NCBI GenBank assembly: GCA_026023565.1
Contig: JAPETS010000020.1
Span: 186,001-250,000, forward strand
Reading direction: 5' to 3'
Source: Cirrosporium novae-zelandiae
Lineage: Eukaryota
DNA: 64,000 nt
Shown here: positions 38,005-50,179 of the stretch, in pieces
Layout: each line of letters opens with the position of its first letter
Numbering within the stretch: the first letter of the stretch is position 1
Notes under the pieces: model-generated
Told to the model about the DNA's origin: nothing
What the model saw: the letters and a program-made list of their open reading frames with translations, nothing else
Database searches by the model: none
Program-made: the position numbers and the translations under genes

Positions 38005-40033
38005 TCAAAATTTCAACCCCACCCCACCGCCCTTCAAAACCCCCACCCCCACACACGCCGCAAACTCCGCCGCTCTCCCCTTCAACCCCCCTACTACATC
38101 CAAAAAATCCTGTTCCTCCCACCCCATCAAATCTTTTAACTGATATACCCCCTGGCGATGCTGGAAAAAAATGTCCCCCAGGTTTATTTCTGTTGAAAGT
38201 TGGGTGGGGGTGAGGGTTCCGGGCATTTGGGTATGGAGGACGGAGATTTGGGGGTGGAGGAGGGTGTTTAGGTCATGGAGGGTTGGGATTGTGGATGTGG
38301 GTGTGGGATTGGTGGTAGAATTGGTGGTGGTGGAGGGGGTTGGGGCTGTGGTTGGGGAGTTGGTTGTTACGTAGGGGTGGAGGTCGAGGCGGGTTTTTAG
38401 GACCGCGTCGAGGGGGTTCCAGGCGTAGGTTTCTGGATCCAGGAGGTAGCTTGGTTGGTATTCACCCTTGTACCGCATCTTGTCGCACGAGTGGATGTAG
38501 AACCCCATGTAGTACCAGCGGAAGCCGTGTTCGGTGGCGAGCGCGGCTTCGCGCACCGCGCTGAGTTTTCCAAACGCCCAGGGGGAGAGGTCGGGGTCGT
38601 AGATCAGGTAGACGGAGGAGACGGCCGAGGGGAGCAGGTCTAGCACGCCAATGGCGATGAGCTTGCCGTCGAGACGGTAGCATTGGTGGTAGGAGCCGTA
38701 GGCGGGGGAGGTTGGGGTCGTGGTGTTGGGGGCTAGTTTTTTGAAACCGCTGCAGAGGAAGTTTTTGAAACTGCGGGCTGTCCAGCGGGTTGGCGGGTCG
38801 TGGTGGATGGAGGTTTGGTATCGGAGGAGGAGGGCGTGTCTGTTGTGAAGAGGTTAGTAGGGGGTAAAGGGGGGGGGTCTGGGTTGGGTAAGGATGGGAT
38901 TCTTTCTCGTGGGAGGGTTATGGGGTTTGGTAACAGGGGAGGTGGTAGTGGTGATAATGATAACAAAATGCTCACTTCTCCTCTGTGAATTCGTCTGGCT
39001 CCAACGTCACCTCGAATCGATGGGCCGGCTCTATAGGCTGCTTCGTCTTTGGATCGACGGGCCGTTTGAGACCATCATATTCGCACCGATGGATCTCGTG
39101 AACCGGGTCAAAGTTCTGCTTGCGGAATCGCTTCTCCTCTCGCGACAGCGGACACAGCCTCGCGGCCTTGTCGATATATTCCTGGCCCAGGACAGATTTG
39201 TTCCACCGGTTCACGGCCTGCCTCTGCTCCCTGGTGGGCCTGAAGGCCGGCCCGTCCAATCGGATCGTGTATTGCGGGCAGCAGGATCTTCCAAGATCCG
39301 GTTTGTAGTACAAGTCACCGGATCGTCGCCATCCACGGTCCATCAAATCTTTATAGTGCTGTGGATGGCAGTTTTCGGATGCCGCATGGTAGGAGAAACC
39401 TGGGATTCGATACAAAAAAAATTTATCGAGTTAGTGATGTTTATTCACAGCGGTCAGACTGAGTCAGAAAAAATCATCGCCTAGGCAAGCACATGATGCT
39501 GTCTACGCCAGCTATTCATCTATTTTTTCGAATATGACATACTACTTGGAGTTGGAGATTTGCAGTATCCACATGAGCTTTTCCAGTATCCTGTTTAAGA
39601 TGAAATAGGTTAGCAACAGTAGATCCGAAAAAAAGGAAAGTCTCGCATTAAATGAAGCAATGACATCAGTCGCAACGGTGGAACATTGTCCAGGTTTCTC
39701 GCCACCGGCCACCCCGCCAGTATGCACATAATATATAAACAATTAATATCGCATTTTTGATTTTATTTTTTTTCAAGGATCAACTCTCGATTTTTTTTTT
39801 TCATTAATATATTCACACCTTTCCGATCTTCAGATCCCAGAAACGGGGAAGACGGAATCCAACGGTAGAGGTTGGATTCGTTGGACAAAAATGGGGTATA
39901 AAAGAGAACAAGCAACCAGGTAAAAGACGGCATGTTCGCACGGGGTAGAAGGAGAGATTTCAACTGGTTCCTCACCTTCGGGCGAAAAGAAAGAGAATGT
40001 ATCGAGAGCAGCAAGGGCAGCAAGGGACTGCAT
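38005..40033 (-). CDS. ATE1: Arginyl-tRNA--protein transferase 1
   Basis: Exons 40033-39976, 39590-39543, 39399-38976 and 38839-38005 give SFFSPEG-YWKSSCGYCK, RGWRRSG, SCCPQYTIRL, YGSYHQCYRLDGKLIAIGVLDLLP, GKLSAVRE, YYMGFYIHSCDKMRYKG. The exon 1 assignment is inferred from phase and motif. Confidence 0.93.
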
Positions 40034-40274
40034 CGGAAAGGCGTAATGGTTGCAAATTGAAAATCTGGTGGGATAACTAAGAGATGGGGAAGTTTGGAGA
40101 TTTTGGATTTTCCAATCATTGTTGTTGTCCTGGTCGTACGGATTAACCAGATTGGTCGGTTGTTCATGTATCTATCTATATCTAACCACCAACCCATGTG
40201 TTTGCTATATCAGCCATCATGTATGAACACGAGGACATTGGGTCACCATAAGATCCGAGTTTAGGGATTCCTTT

Positions 40275-40430
40275 TGTTGTTGTTGTTGTTGTTGTTGTTG
40301 TTATTTAATTAATTAATCAATGACATGATGTAGAATTAATTCAGTCACAAAGACCTTGTTATGTAGTTATGTAGTTATGTAGTTATGTAGTTATGTATTG
40401 ATGTTTTATGTTTTATGTTTTATGTTTTTA
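40275..40430. repeat. Compound microsatellites (GTT)n, (TATGTAGT)n, (TATGTTT)n
   Basis: Directly visible in the ATE1/Nudix divergent intergenic region. Confidence 0.9.
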
Positions 40431-41846
40431 TGAAGGTGATATAAGAATGTACTCGAGCAATTTACAAGGAGGGTATTTCAGGATCCCGGAGATTTGGGTA
40501 ACTGACACCCTTCCTAGGCACGGGGCTGGGGGGTGTTAATTAGTTAAGATGAAATCTCAGGATTGAAAGGTACATGTCGTTACCTGGACAGTTAATTAGG
40601 CGGCTGAAAGGCTGAATAGCCTACAAAGCCTACAAACAGCCTGCAAAGGCCTGCAAAAGCCTGCAAAGGCTTGACCCGACCCCCTTGTTGCCTTGTGGTG
40701 CATAAAATCAGATGGCAAAAAAATAATGAAAATGATCCCCCTGAAACAAGAACAAAAAAGGTAAAGAAAAAACCAAAAAACCAAAAAAGAAGGAAAAAAG
40801 AAAAAAAAAAGAAGAAAAAAAGAAAAAAAGAAAAAAAGAAAAAAAGAAAAAAACGCCTTTGATCCTTTTCGTATCCGTTTTGTTCCTTACCGTCCTACCG
40901 TCCTCCCGAAACTATTCATTATTCTTTGACTGGAGTTTACTGGAGTAGGTGATTTTCCTTACTTTTTTAATTAGGATCCTCTCTTAAAGTATTCTTAGTA
41001 TTCCTAGTATTCCTAGTATTCCTAGTATGCCTAATATTCCTAGTCATCCAATAAACCCATAATTTACTTGGTCTGTCCTTTCACATTTCCGAAAGTCTAC
41101 CTAATAAAAACAGCTAATTACTGTATCCAAAAAAGGCCCCAAGCCCTACCTTGCCCGAACGAAGCACCAACTAACTACTCGAGTACCATCATTATTACCA
41201 CCACCCACTACCCACTATACCCCCCCCCTCCAATCCTCATTCTAATCCTAATCCACCCCTTCCACCATACACCCCCCTCCCCCCCCCCCCCAAACCCAAT
41301 TCGAATTTCCCAGTCTTTTTAACTATTCTAATACCTCTCTTATTCAGACCAAAATGTTTTTCAATCTTCATCATCATCATCATCTTTCCACTAAGGAAAT
41401 ACCCTCGTCCTTCTCCAGGCCCGTTCTAATCAAACGGGACTGAAGGAAGTTCTCTCGATTTGAACCAAACACTCGCCATTATTCACAATGGATCTCTCAA
41501 TTAATTGAAAAAGGATACTTAGCACCGCAAAACTGCAGATCCACAACCACCTCACCAGCCCTCCAAACTTTACTCGATTCACTTCACCCAACCTTACCCT
41601 TGTTTCCATTTCAAAGCTCCTTCTTTAATATATTCGCTGCCATCTGATATTGTTGGAAGTGAATCGTTTGGGTGGTCAAATTTGAGGTTCTGCGAAAAAA
41701 AATATATATATTGGAGTGGTTCGAAAACTATTCTCTTCCCTCATCAAATTCAATAAACCAACCTCGCAATTCTTAGACTTGCTTTCTGCTTTCGCCAAGT
41801 ACCTTCGGTCAAAACAAAATCCAACATAGCGGCCAAGAATCTCAAA

Positions 41847-42434
41847 ATGAGCAATAATCATCGATCTATGGAAGCTCGGACGGGGCGGAAGAACCAACGT
41901 GGGTCTTTTTGATTGTCATCATACCACCTGGACCTATTTTGACTCCCAGCATCTTACCCCCCTGTCGCATCCACTTCGTCGTCATGTCAATGCTGATTCT
42001 ATACAGGTTACGGTCCTCAGGGTGAACGTCTTGTTGCCGGTATTGTGCCTCTCTCCCTGGACAAGACACAAGTCCTCCTTATCCAATCTACCAAACATGA
42101 TGGCTGGGTGCTACCAAAAGGTGGTTGGGAGCTCGACGAGAATACTGCACAAGAAGCTGCTTGCCGTGAAGCTTGGGAAGAAGCAGGTGTCATTTGTACC
42201 ATCCGCGCGGATTTAGGGAAAATCCCAGAAATGCGGAAACCGTCTCAGCTGACGGTACAGGCCCCTAAAGCTAGCTATCAGTTCTTTGAGGCGACTGTTG
42301 AAAAGGAGGAGAAGAATTATCCAGAAATGGCAAAGAGAAATCGCATGTGGATGCCATGGTCGCAAGCTATACAAAGACTGAGTGGGAGGCCGGAGCTATT
42401 GGAAGCATTGAAGAGGAGTTCTCTCAAACGGTGA
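41847..42434 (+). CDS. DDP1: Diphosphoinositol-polyphosphate / diadenosine polyphosphate Nudix hydrolase (Aps1/Ddp1 family)
   Basis: MEARTGRKNQR-YGPQGERLVAGIVPL (intron 41899-42006); Nudix box WVLPKGGWELDE..AQEAACREAWEEAG; RPELLEAL.RS. Confidence 0.92.
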
Positions 42435-43012
42435 TGCATAGGTTTGGTATGTGCAGTCTAGTCTGACCTGGGGATCTGACGTGATGGCTAACAAGGCTTA
42501 GGGGTCTTGGTACATTTCGGAAAAAGCATTTTCATAGATCATGGGAACCAACCCGTGACATGACATCTCAGGCGCATTCAAAGGGCTTCTTTTGGTGTCA
42601 GGACTGGGTGCATATTAAGAGTGGATGGGTGTCATTGAAATCATTCATGCATGTTAGAATGGATGCAGTAACTACCATACCACTTTATCTAATATGAACT
42701 GCATTATCATCAAGCTCTTTGTTATTTGTGGCCTTGGACGGATTATAGATTATAGATTTTAGATGATCGGGTACCGTTTATTCCAGTCGAATGGTTCTTG
42801 TAAAAATTGACATGGGGGAACATGACATTTGTACTCGAGTACCAAGTAGGTAGACTAGACAAGGAAATTTATCCCGAGGTATCGAGGCATCGAGGCATCG
42901 AGGCAACTGTAGGCGAGTCCGCAGCTCCAAAATCCATCCCGCGAGTATTCTCGATAACCAACTTCAACCAATATTCCATCTCCACTCACCTCACCTAAAC
43001 AAAACTACCACA

Positions 43013-44322
43013 ATGCCTCCGCGATTGCGTCTTCTCAATTCCTACTACTATTCTATTACTACTTGTGCAAAGCCATTCGGTGCCGTAAAACCTGCAATTG
43101 CAGGTACTTCTGCCTCATGGCAACGTCAATCCCTCCGCTACATTTCCGCCCACGAGAAACCACTGCCGACGGCTGATGAAGAAGGAAAGGGTCCTAATAC
43201 AGATCAATTGCCTCATGTCAGCGAGGAGGCCGCACAGATAGGAGAGATAACCGGGGAAGGAGGACCAGAACTGGAACAGGGCACCCCAGTGCAGGAGGTG
43301 AGTTTCTGCGCCGACGAACCCGGACACCTGGATGTGGAAATTTATATTTCAAGATTCAAGAGAAAGGATGATATCACAAATAAAAGCGATTGCTAATAGC
43401 TATATTATTCTGTCACCTAGATTCTCAAGCGCGATAATGTGCCCAAAGAGAAACTTCCCAAAGTAATGCAGGACGAAATGAAGAAATCTTCGAACCAAAA
43501 GCCCAACAACGGCACCCGCTCCTTCTCGACACTGGCACGGCGATTCCAACAAATGGATATAACCCCTCCTTCTGGAGGAGGGGAAGGAGAACCACCGCTT
43601 CCCCCATCTATCGCCCCCAACAACTCTCTTTCCACGCCGGCGGCCTCGTCTGTAGAAACTCCAGGCCACAAATTCCCCCTCCCAGACGCAGCTTCGATGC
43701 CACGGTTCATGCATCTTAGACACCGCTACTCCCCAATCATCGATCAAATGACCAAGCTAATCATGCGAGATGGAAAACTCTCGGTCGCACAAAGGGTACA
43801 CACACACCTATCCCCCCTCTCAAAAAAAGCCACCCCCACTAACCCCTCCCCCAAAACACACAGAACATGACAGAAATCCTCAACCACCTCCGCATAGCCT
43901 CCCCACCAACCCCGGACCCCCGGCGCCCACTGGTTGCCAACGCACCCCCACCCCACACCCTCCCCTACGACCCAATTGCCTTTCTAACCACCAGCATCGA
44001 CAGCGTCGCTCCCCTCATAAACATAAAATCCCTCAAAGGCGCCGCCGGCGGAGGTTTCGCCCTCCAACTCCCAATCCCCCTACGCGCGCGCCAGCGTCGG
44101 CGCACCGCCATCAACTGGATCCTCCAGGCGGTGGACAGCAAGGGCAAGAGCACGGGGGGCGCCAGGCCGTTTGCGCAGAGGGTGGCGGATGAGATTGTGG
44201 GGGTTATTGAGGGGAGGAGCTCGGTTTGGGAGAAGAGGCAGGCGGTTCATCGGTTGGGGGTTTCGGCTCGGGCGAATGTGGGGACGGCGAAGAAGGCGAG
44301 GAAGAAGAAGTTGGGGAAGTAG
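43013..44322 (+). CDS. RSM7: Mitochondrial small-subunit ribosomal protein uS7m
   Basis: Exons 43013-43297, 43421-43795 and 43864-44322; LIMRDGKLSVAQ, IDSVAPL, P.PL..RQRRRTAINWIL, A.RVADEI, SSVWEKRQAVH....SARAN. Confidence 0.93.
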
Positions 44323-45660
44323 AGTAGGGGAGGGGGGGGGCGTGGGTGATGTGGGGAATGAATGAAAATGAATGGGATTGGATGGGATAGGATTGGGGGG
44401 GGGGGGGGGGGAATGTATCATACATATCTACTTATCGACCAACTGATTAACAAACAATACACCTACCTGTTGCACATATATATCTATATCTATTGCTTAT
44501 CACGCATTTCCTTTCCTTTCCGTAGCCAACTTCCCCCCCCCTCTTCCTCATAGTCTCCTACCCTCGTAGACCACAGCTCAGCTCCAATAGCTCCAACATC
44601 CATACACATACACATACACACGATCCAATAACCCAATAACCCAATAACCCAATAATCCAATCCAACTTAAGCCCCCCCCCCAGATATTTATTTATATTCT
44701 AATAGTAATATGTCGGTATAGATATAGATATACAAATCCGTTTGATTTTGATAATAATTCTTATCGACAAATATGATATCAATTAGACCACATTATTCTA
44801 GGAAAAAGGGGTTTGTGTGTGTGTGTGTGTGTGTGAGTGGAGCTAGGTTTTTTTGTTGTTAACGAAACGGCGTATATATACATACATGTGCACTTACTGA
44901 CAGTAAAGTATCCTATTCAGAAATTTAGACTTAAATATAAAAGAAATATCAAAATCCATTATTCTACCACTCTCATCAAACTCCCAAGCAAGCCCACAGA
45001 AAGCCATAGAAGCCCATAGAAGCCCATAGAAGCCACATCCCACCTACGGTACATTTTTCAATTTCAATTTAAACTAACCCATCTCATCATCACTAACGAC
45101 AATGATAAAGAAAAAAACACAAACAAACCTTCCTCCCAAATTCTCCCATCTAATCCTTCATGAACCCTCCCCCCCCTGAAAAACAAGTCTAGAAATTGCG
45201 GTCAAACCCATACATATATATATGTATGTGTTGCATGTGTTGCATGTGTCGTATGTGTCGTATGTATGTGTGTGTATTTATGTAAGCACGTATGTGTATT
45301 CACACCCCCTATCCCCTATTCCCTCATCATCACCAATCATCCATCGTCATGAGGACCCAATCAATTATCTCCCCCCCCTAAAAAAAGAAAGGAAAAGATT
45401 CATAAACGATCAAACCCCAAAAGAAAAGAGATTCCCCAATCTATATGAAAAAAAAAACTCCGCTTTCGTTTCCCCCCTGCTTCTTCTCCTCAAAATAGAG
45501 TAGTGAATAAACTGTCGGGGGAATAAATACTTGCTGACAAACTAACCGACTGAGCGACCGACCGGCCAACATGCGAGTTAAGCAGGCGATATGTACGTGC
45601 AATGCGTACGGTATTTTCGTACTGAAAATTAAAAAAAAGTAAGGGAGGATTTTGGGTTGA

Positions 45661-48340
45661 TTACATGCCCACAGCGAGCATGAGTCCATAGCCGAGGGTG
45701 ATGACGACAGCGAAAGTGATGGCGCTGCTTGGGATGCCGCGGCTGATGAAGTGGCGGACGCGGAGGTAGCGCTGGCCGGTTTCGGGGACTTCCATCATTA
45801 TGGCGGCTGGAAAAGTTGTAAGTTTGTGGTTTCTATATATGTTGAAAAGGGAAGGGGAGGTATAATAGAAAAAAAGGGGGGGATAGTAAGGAAAACGTAC
45901 TCATATTCGGGAATCCGCTGGTTGGCAATCCCATGGCGGCTGAGCACATTATTGCGGAGCCCATGACTAAAAGGTTGGGGTGAGGATCCTTCATTCCGGC
46001 ACCGACTTCTTGGACCAGTGGGAGGATGATCAGTGCCGCTACGGTGTGGCTGATGAAAGTTGCCACGACGAGAATGAGCGCCGCGAAGACTACCATTACG
46101 GAATACATGCTCAGATCTTGAACGCGGGCTGTGATGGCCGAGGCGATGGCTTGTAGAAGACCGGAAGAGGAGACGGCTTTTCCGAGGGCGAGACCGCCGG
46201 CGGCGAGGATGATGATGGTCCAGAGGAAATTGTTAAAGTCCTCTTTGGTGAGAATGCCGGTGCCGAAGAAGAGGACAAGGGGGATGATGGCCACGACACC
46301 CATGTCGCCGAATATGGGTTCGAGTTGATGAGTCACGCACCAGAGTATAATGGTTGCGAGAGTGACAATGCTGATGAACCACTGAACGCCCGAGAAGCGA
46401 TCCCTTACGGGACGGAGGCGGACAATGGTGGTGCCTTTGGAGGGATTAAAGGTTACCAACAAAAGGACCCAGATGAGAAGGATGGTGATGATGCACACGG
46501 GAAGGGCAATAAAAAACCAGACGCCCCAAGAGGGTTCGGGAGACATGTTTTGTAGGGCGATGATGTTTTGCGGAGATGCAATTGGAGAGGCAGCACCCCC
46601 TATATTTGATGAAAGGGCGATACCAAGAATCAGGGCCTTGGAAAAGTTTGAATCCGCAGGCAGGTTGCGCAGGATTGGCTGAATGATAGAGAAGCAGAGA
46701 ACTGGGGCTGCTACATTTGAAATCCACATGCTAGCAATCATGGCGACGAACATGTTCGTGACCAAGACCGTACGGGGCCGCGTGCCAGCTTTGCTGAGAA
46801 CAAATGTTGCCATCAGTTTGGCAATCTGGTACTTTGAGAGTGCGGCTGCAATGGTAAAGCCTCCAAGAAGAAGCATAATCACTGGGGTCCACATTGCCGC
46901 AAAGACGTGCTGGGTAGCTTCTTTGGTGTCGAGGCGCCGATAGGGTTCTTCGTCGGTACGCATGATGCGAAGAGTAACCACCAGGAATGGGACGAGAAGA
47001 GAAGTCACAAAGAGTGGTATAACCTCTGTAGCCCATAACATACTCACAAAGATCAACATGGCAAGGCAGTTCTGTTGTTCTGGTGTTTCCATAATCTTGA
47101 CATTTAACAAGACTACGAAGACGGCCATTATTCCAATTAGAGTGCACATTGTTGAACTGAAGAGCCAACTTGGGCATCTATATTTCCCAATGGGCGTAAC
47201 CAATTCCTTTATGTCGGACTCTTGATCGTCGCCTTGCCGTCTAGTCTTGGACGGATCATTGTCTGCAAGGAGGGTTCTCCCCACGCCAAGCTTGGCAGCT
47301 TCAGCTTTTCGTTCAATACCGATCATTTCTCTCCAAACCGTGTTCCGTTCCCATACTACATGTTCCCGGAGATGCAATCTGAGTTCCCTTTTGGCAGCAG
47401 AAATGTCCCCTTTTGTAATTAATGTAGCATATATCGACTCGATCTTGGCTATGTTTGCCTCCAAATGGTTCATTGTCTCTTGTTGGAAAGGATATGAGGC
47501 GGCAACATATTTATCCATATATGACATACGGAGATCTCGATTGAGGATCTTATCATACTTCTTAAGGGCCTTTCGGAAACCAGTCTTATTTAACTGGATA
47601 AACGACTTTAGTTCACATAGCGTAACATAGATGCTGACTGTTCGTTTCTTTATCGATGCCCCAGTATCATAGAGCGAAGAAACCCACTGATCCTCAAGAT
47701 CTTCGATAGACTGACTGAGTCTCCTTCTCGAGGGCAATTCCCGAGAGCTTCGCATATCATCACCTGTATGGAACATATCGCCATCAAGGACCCTACTTCT
47801 CCTTCTATTGGGAGAGCTCCCCGATCTTCTGTGTAGATGAGTTGTCTCATCGTCCTCATCTTCGCTATCCGCATCTTCATCACCTTCAATAATTGACGTA
47901 CTCATGGTACTCGCCCTGCGTGGTCTTGATCCCCCAAACCCGAAATTGCGAAATACACTTCCTTGCCGTATTCTACCCGACAAACTCAGACGAGAATTCA
48001 GCATATCACCTTGTTCAAGTTCGGCACCATGTTCAATTTCGAATTCCTCTTCATCCCTTATAAGATCTCCAAACTCCGCATAGACCTCAAGTTCCTTCAA
48101 TTGGTAGAAGGAACAAACCTTTTCCAACTCATTGTCAAGTGCCTTTTTAAAAATCTCGTCTGGGTTGAAGCCAGATGCGCTTAGAAGGGGGGATGATTCG
48201 GCATCATGTGATGGTAAAACACCGCTTTGGTTGATTTGCTTCTCCAAGATGTATATGAGTTTCTTGAGGTTGCTGTATGCGATGTAATTGTTGCTCCAGT
48301 CTGGAACAGCATTGAACTGGATGCTATGAGAGAACTTCAT
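45661..48340 (-). CDS. SPX-domain low-affinity phosphate transporter (Pho87/Pho90/Pho91 family, SLC13-like)
   Basis: MKFSHSIQFNAVPDW..NYIAYSNLKKLIY SPX start, LNKTGFRKALKKYDK, LWATEVIPLFVTSLL, SMWISNVAAP, PIASPQN, GLPTSGFPNM; intron 45807-45900; last exon ends GYGLMLAVGM*. The true start may lie upstream (see findings). Confidence 0.96.
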
Positions 48341-50179
48341 TTCTTCCTCTGCAACAAGCTTCTCAAGCTTCTCTCTACGTTTCTGTAGTTTTCGTTGCTT
48401 CGGTTGATCAGATTGAGGATCCCTTGGAGGACCGTCTAAACTGAAGTCCTGGAGTTCTATATAATCATTGACGAACTTCTGAGCGCTGTCGGGTTGATTC
48501 GCGCGCGAAGGGCGCGGTAATAAGGGTCCTGTGGTAGTTTTCGTTGGTATAGAGGAGGTTGCGGGGTAATGATAGTTTGCGGAAGGGAAATGCGGTGAGG
48601 TCGCCAGGACGGCTTTGATTTGGTTTTGAATCTGAGAGTCATTCGCAGACGTCGTGGTGGTGTTGTTAAAATCGAAGGCGATCCCATAGATCTGCAGGGC
48701 TCCAGTTGAAATGTAAAGTGCTAGATACAGGTGGTTTTAGTTGGAACGGCAGGGTAGATAGATTGCAAATAAGATATTGATTGGCTGGAAGGGAATCTTG
48801 GGGACATTAAATTTGAAGGCGAATTCTAAGGTTGGACAAGCTGTACGATTGTTGGTTATTCCACTTGGGTATGATGAAGTCTGTTAGGTAGTCTACTGGT
48901 AATTAGTAGGCAGAAAGTGGTAGTAGTGAGTTGGACAGCCTCGGTATTACTGGAAGACTTGAAAGTACTTGGACTAGAAAAGCTAGAAGGGCACGGGACA
49001 GGGGGGGGGGGTTAGCCATAAAAAATAAAAAGCCTCCGAGGGTCATGCGTAGGCATGCATAGGCATACGAGGTTGAATTGAACGCCTACGTGGAAGCCCC
49101 AAAGTCCCAAAGCCCCAAAGTTTCAAAGCCTTAAGACCCCCAGGCAGCAAGGCCCCTGTTCCTGTACTGTAAAGTACACGCACGGACAGATACGGTTCGA
49201 ATGGATCTCAGATGGTAATTAATTAGTAATTAATTAGTAATTAATGTTAACCTTTCTAGGATAGGGTTAATAACCCTAATCTTCCTAAAGAAGATATTTC
49301 TAAAAATGGTTCATCCTCACCATAAATTTCATATCATCATTAGGTTTTGTGATTACATTGCAAAACACAATGAACCTTTTTATGCTAATTACTGTAATAA
49401 GACCTGAAGATTTCTTATCATAATATCAATACGACATCCGATATTAATTAATTCCTGACCTAGGTCGGCGTCATCGACTGATAGGGAAATAGTTCCTGGA
49501 AACCCTCCTTTTCCAACTTCTGCATAATGACAGCCCCTCCCATCTTGGAGAGTTGCGCAACGCTTGCCAATCCTTTCACCTCGTGCCTGTGGAGGGGGGT
49601 GACGAGTCTGACGACTGAAATACTAAAATACCCCAAAGTGAACCAGAGAAAAATATGCATCCTGGCTATGGTAGGACCTCTCGATATTTATTTCTCCGGA
49701 TCTTGATCGAGCTATCGATCTCATAAACCAACATGGCCACCACTTATGGCCTGTTCTCCATGCCTATCTTCCGACTCTAAAATTTGGCATGCTCAGGAAC
49801 AGAGTTTTGATTGGATTACGTATTGAAATATCCTTGCACGCTTCGATTGACGGTTACAATATAAATCTGCTCTGTCCACGTCCCCCAATAATTACTAACG
49901 GCCGCCTTTCCTACTTTGGAGCTGTCTATCTTTTTGAACCTCGTCGGATCTTCCAATTCTAGATAATCACCTGCATCATTATATGCCCAATTCATGTGGG
50001 CTGCTCGGGTATCGAGAGAATTAATCAACCGAAGATGGTGGGTGGTTTATCGTCGTCCATGTTGGATTACTCTCGCCTTTCCCATCAGGGGGAATATATA
50101 ACAAGATGATTCCTCCCCATTAGGTTCAGGGTCGTCTCTTGATATTAGCAAGACCAGACCTCAATTGAAAATATTCAAC

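Noticed and set aside
39915..39935. CTTTTACC in the ATE1 intron resembling U5 snRNA loop 1
   Set aside because: Lacks the exact GCCTTTTAC loop with closing stem and an Sm site.
49460..50060. Two short minus-strand ORFs that look like a gene fragment
   Set aside because: No recognisable family and no consistent splice model; could be promoter DNA of the EEP gene.
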